Assembly: GCF_003704095.1 (NCBI RefSeq)
Contig: NW_020844976.1
Span: forward strand, 62,001 to 126,000
Reading direction: 5' to 3'
DNA length: 64,000 bases
Source of the DNA: Pocillopora damicornis
Lineage: Eukaryota
Every line of letters begins with the position of its first letter. The stretch's first letter is position 1. Under the pieces are notes generated by a model. It was not told the origin of the DNA. It saw nothing but the letters and a program-made list of their open reading frames with translations, and ran no database searches. The translations under genes were made by a program, and so were the position numbers. Of this stretch, positions 58,990 through 64,000 are shown one piece after another.

Positions 58990-61900
58990 ATGGTGAGTTT
59001 GTCTCCAGATGTTTGTTGTCTGTACGCTTGAGGCGGCTAAACTCGCTACCACTTTCCTCAAATTTGTCTTCCTCTTTTCAAATCGCAAATGCTTAATTTT
59101 ATCCTGTGGCTGTTTCTTGGTAGCTTTGTTTACTGGGTTTTAAACCGAATTTAGTCCTCCTATAGTTTCCGATTTATAGCTGTCATTATTATGACAATTT
59201 ATTTTGAATTAATAAATTCTCTGATTACTTTCATTTACAGCACCTATCTGATGATCTCTTCAGGGCTTCATGTAATATATCGCACATGAGCTTAAGCTCA
59301 CTGATTAATTTTGATGTCATTTGAATTATTTGGACAATGACGCGAAAATGACGCGCGAAATTATTAATTTTTGTTATCTAAATACTTGATTGATAACAAA
59401 GTCGTAAACATTCTCATGAATATGCGAAAATTATTAAGGATTTTTTTTTACTTCAATCTCATTGATCACTGTTCTGTTATAGGACATTGGATTAAATGAG
59501 CATCATCAACAAATTGTGGTAAACTACCTTAGATTTGCACGTTATGGCCGAGGACAGAGACTCAGGGGAATAGATGCATCTTTTGAGGAACTAAAAGACA
59601 GCAGGTATGATGTAGACAGTATTGTGTCACTCCTAGTCTCATTACAACTAACTGCACCTGGAATGTATCTTATTATCCAACTGCACAAAGGAGAGTACAA
59701 ATAATGCGCCAGTAGAGTACAAATCCTGCAATATTGTACAGTTATTTGGACCATTGGTTATTCTGTACAATTAAAAGAACTTGTTTAACCAGTCAGCTGT
59801 GCATGCTACGCTTCTCTATCCACTTTGCTTTTCCCACCTCATGAGAAACAAGCAGAAAGACTTAACAGAAAAAAAGCAGTCGGATATTAAAAACTTATTA
59901 GATGTCTTGGTGTGTAGTATCGCTGAATATTTTTACTTGCAGTTTGTGTTTTGACTATATTTAGCTATAATACACACCAAAATGTCTAATAAGATATATG
60001 TACTATCAGTGGAATGGTCAGGGTTTGAGGAAGTAGCAAAGGTTTATACACAGACCTCATACTGTAAAGTTCCTGGGCTGGAGTACAAGACCATACCTGA
60101 AAATAGCTCATTAGTTTATCTCCTGCCACTTTAAAGTTGAAAGTTTTATGGTATATATTTCCATTATTTAGAACCTCATTTCAAATTTGTTTTTCTATCT
60201 CCTAATTTTACCAGGATGAGTTAGTGTACATGGGATTTGAGAAAGAGGGAGGGTTGATAGGGGGAATGGAAAGCAGGCAAATAAGTCCTATGAGGGAAGA
60301 ATTATTACCACAGTGAGCACTAGTAACTTATTATTTTGATATTGTTTATCTTTCAGGCCATTTATTTTTAACTGACTTACTTTTAACCTGAAATTCATCC
60401 TTTAGCCAATGATTAATCCAGACCGAAAAAAGGGATTGATACCATAGAATGATTGCTTACACAGACTTGTAGAAGACACATACACTCTTGATGAAGTGAC
60501 AGACATGTTAGATGGCCTTTGTGCAGTGGTTAGAGGAGAAGTTGAATCTGAACTCATTAACGCTGCACACACCAATGTTCTTCTCCTGAGGCAAGTGTTT
60601 AGTCAAGCTGAGAAATGGCATTTGAAGCTACAGGCTGACATATCAGAACTGGAAAATAGGTAAGGAGTATGTTCATTTAATGGCTCTTCAATCTTCAGAT
60701 TTAAATCATCATTTGTTTTTCACCTATTTGCAGAGAGCTTATAAATGAAATTGCAAAGTTTGAAGAAAGGGAATTCTCTCCCGGTGCACAAGGCTCACAG
60801 GTATAGTTTTCATGTCATTATTACAAAATGTACAAGTTTAACAACTACAAATGTCTGTTGAACAAAAATTAAAAAGGTAAAAAAAAGGTAAAAAGTTACC
60901 TTCTGGAAATGAATTTTTCCAGGATGATGCATATCCTGGAAATAATGCATGCTGTGTGCTTTGGAAGTATCCAATCTTTTGGCCATATTATCATTATTGT
61001 AAGGGATGGATATACTGATGGCTGTTACTATCTTGAGAATAATGTACTTTTGCTATGTGGACATTTATCCATTGGATAGCAATTTTACTAATCTTTGGTT
61101 TAGTGTTTACCACCCTGCAGTTAAGTTAGGTGTTAACACAGCAAATGGTTTGAACCCAGTGGTAGTAGAGGTTAGGTGTTAATGTTAAACATCTTACAAA
61201 TTTTTAATTCAAGCCTTTTTTTTTTTTGGTTTTATTTCTAATAAAATTTTATTTTAGTTGTGTTTATAACTACAATGATCTTTCTTCTTTGAAATATTCC
61301 CCCCTTTATCATAACTTAAACCTAAGATTGACAATCCTTGCACAAATAGCATGTATTTGCCACTCCAGAGTCTGATACATGTATATATCCACTTGTCTCA
61401 GTTTTTTTCCCTCCTGTTAGACTAAGCTGTCCAAACTGTCCCAAACCTCAAAGCTTGAACCTTTAAATGAGGGTGGAGGTGCAGCATTACTTCAAATAGT
61501 AAGTTGATAAATTTACTGAATTGTTGCCGTAAGGGGTAAATCTCAGATGGACCTCTTTGCTTCCTCCTCTAGCCCTGACCCCTCCCTTCTTCACTTTGTC
61601 TCAGCATTGTTTCAATATCTTTTGGGATTCATGGTTGTCCCTGAAGAGAAATTGAGGAGGGAGGGGATGATAACATTTCAAATGATTGGGAATGTACTAA
61701 AGGTGATGAAAATTACATCACTCAGTGCTCGCTTGTATCATCTGTTTTGATTATTCTGCTTGCATTTTTTACAATTGATTATAACTGATATTGAACAATT
61801 ATTGTCCATTAGTAGCAGCTTTACAAAATTCAACTAATACGTGACATGTCTAATCTACTTGTATTCATGACAATTCAGAACTTACAAATGTCTAGATTTT

Positions 61901-63963
61901 CATCTACTTCAGTTTTAGTATGGAATCATGAATATCATGACTCCATAGAATGACCCCTGGTCAATATTTGATGAGGTGTTGTGCAACATTATATTATTGG
62001 TTAATTTCTGAAAAAGAGAGCAGGCTTTGTCTAATTTCAAACTGATTATGAATAATTAATGAAACAAGCTTTTTATTGTCAATTGTTCATCATTTATTTA
62101 TTGAGTTGTCTTTCAAATACTTCTAAACTGCATCTTTATTGGTGGGTTCATTATGTTCTATGAAATAATGCCCCTTACCTAAATCAAACATTTAAAGTAG
62201 AGTTTACTGTTCACAGCTCATTTTACAGAGTACAGATTTGTATGGTTTAAACCTTCTTAAATATGCACAACTAATATTTTTTATTATTATTTTTTTTTTA
62301 AGGAAGGTAGAGTTTATTTTCAGATATTTTTTCACCTCAAACATAAACCACAATACACTTGAACCTTTTAATTATTCATTACAAATGACTGTGATGTATC
62401 AGATGTTCTAAATGTTACAAGCATTACACAACTCCATGGAAACAGTTTGTGTATTTACAAGATATATGTACAATGATGATAACCTGCTAAAAGAGTATAT
62501 AAAGTGATCTGTTGTGGATGATTGTGAAGATTGATTACAAAAGTCCGTGCTGTAGAAATGATTCTTTTACAACTGTCAGAAAAAGAACTCCTAACAGAAT
62601 TGATTAGGGATCAGCAAAAGGTAACTACAACTTGGAGTGTTTCACTTCAGATGGATGGATCTAAACACATCACTTTGAAATAGATAGAATTTTAGTTTTA
62701 ACATAAGGTGATATTATTTTATGGCTCTCAATCATGTGTTGGCATTTCAGAAACCTTGCTGCAGCTGATGACTTGAAGCCTTTGCTTTGATGTTATTCAC
62801 CCTCATATAAGTTGAGCTTACTGAGGGGATATAATTTTTATATGATTTATCAGAGTCTAACAAATTTATCTCTGTTATTTTAGGTTGATTACCATTGTTA
62901 TCTGATATTGCTAACACTTTCTATGGGGGCCTTAATTTACCAGTCTATCCTGATCTCTCATAAGAAATATCATCTTACATGTTGTATACAAATTCTTTTG
63001 CAAGATTCTTCAGTTAAGTTATATTTTATAAGCAAAACTTATTATGATGGGCATTCCATTCAGCTGACAAGGTGTTTTGTTTCCTAGGAAATAAACCGCT
63101 TGAATGAGGAAAATTCAAAACTCAGAGATCGCATCAAAGTTTTGGAAGGAAAGGTGTGACTATTAAATCTGAAATAATCTTCCATCATTACAATGGTTTT
63201 TCATTTGGTATTACTTAAAACGCTTTTTAAACAAGATTGATCCCATTTTTGTCTGGTCTTCATAATTTGACAACTTGTAGTCAAAAGCAAAGCAGACCTT
63301 TATGAAAAACTGATCCATGTTTTTCGTTTGCCTTTTTGTTTAGGCAACAAGTGCTATTGGTGAAAAAAGTAAACTTCAAGCTGATCTGGAAAGTACCCAA
63401 GCAGCTTTGAAAGCAAAAGGCAATGTTAAGGTTTGTCCAGTACCTGACATATCTTTAAGATTCGGTCAAATTGTTGAATCATACTCATTTATTTTTTATC
63501 CCTTTAACTCCCAAGATCTGATTGGTAATTCTCCCCTCTAGCTGCTACACATTAAAACTAGTTACAATAATGTGGTGTTAGATGAAGGTAACAACCTATA
63601 CCTGATGAGTCTGAGTAATCTCATTACCTTTTTGTTGGATAATGTATTAATATTATAGAGAGAAGTTACATGTTAATACAGGTTAAAGGAGGAACCTTTA
63701 ATTACAAGTAGCAACTGAAAGCTTCTTTAATTTTCTGATTCTTCTTCTTTCACAGGGACATGGCAAAGAACTTGCTGACCTGGAGGAACAGATGGCTGCT
63801 ACTAAATTAGATCTGAAAATGGTAATGACAAACATGATGATGGGTTTTTATAGAAGTCCATATCAAACAATTTTGTTTTACGTAATTTTCCCTTTTATTA
63901 CAGACAAAAGAAAAGGGCTCTACTCATGCTGCGTCATTGCATGATGAGTTAACAAACACCAAG
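58990..63963 (+). CDS. LZTFL1: Leucine zipper transcription factor-like 1 (BBS17), 5' portion; continues beyond the window
   Basis: ATG-only first coding exon 58990-58992, then 59483-59604 (DIGLNEHHQQIVVNYLRFAR), 60465-60659 (LVEDTYTLDEV...ESELINAAHTNVLLLRQVFSQAEKWHLKLQADISELENR), 60734-60800, 61421-61498 (KLEPLNEGG), 63088-63153, 63344-63430, 63756-63821, 63904-63963. Confidence 0.95.
63500..63686. mobile_element. piggyBac-like MITE in an LZTFL1 intron
   Basis: CCCTTTAACTCCCAAGATCTGATTGGTAATTCTCCCCTCTAGCTGCTACACA... Same family as 5421-5633. Confidence 0.7.
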
Positions 63964-64000
63964 GTGAGATATTCAAATTTGTTACTTAAACACTTATGTG

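Overview
AT-rich, intron-containing animal DNA. A minicollagen gene identifies it as cnidarian, most likely a scleractinian coral. Gene order: 3' end of CCDC93 (+); an intronless NHL-repeat gene with an unrecognised helical N-terminal domain (-); carbonyl reductase CBR-A (+); C2orf69 homolog (+); two divergent, intronless-CDS type-B carboxylesterase/cholinesterase-like genes; a nematocyst minicollagen (-); SMARCD/BAF60 (-); a VOPP1-like Shisa-family membrane protein (+); a divergent pair of carbonyl reductases, CBR-B (-) and CBR-C (+); and the 5' part of LZTFL1 (+). The most striking structure is a ~5.6-5.8 kb tandem duplication (35798-41603 / 41611-47183) of an ancestral head-to-head SMARCD/VOPP1-like pair. 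It was resolved by reciprocal deletions: copy 1 keeps only SMARCD and copy 2 keeps only the VOPP1-like gene. Other points of interest are an intact CBR paralog whose catalytic YxxxK is YxxxH, kB- and IRF-like motifs upstream of the NHL gene, many MITEs (one nested pair with an identifiable empty site), and a 20-bp palindromic-unit minisatellite. All gene models were spliced by hand and no database searches were run.
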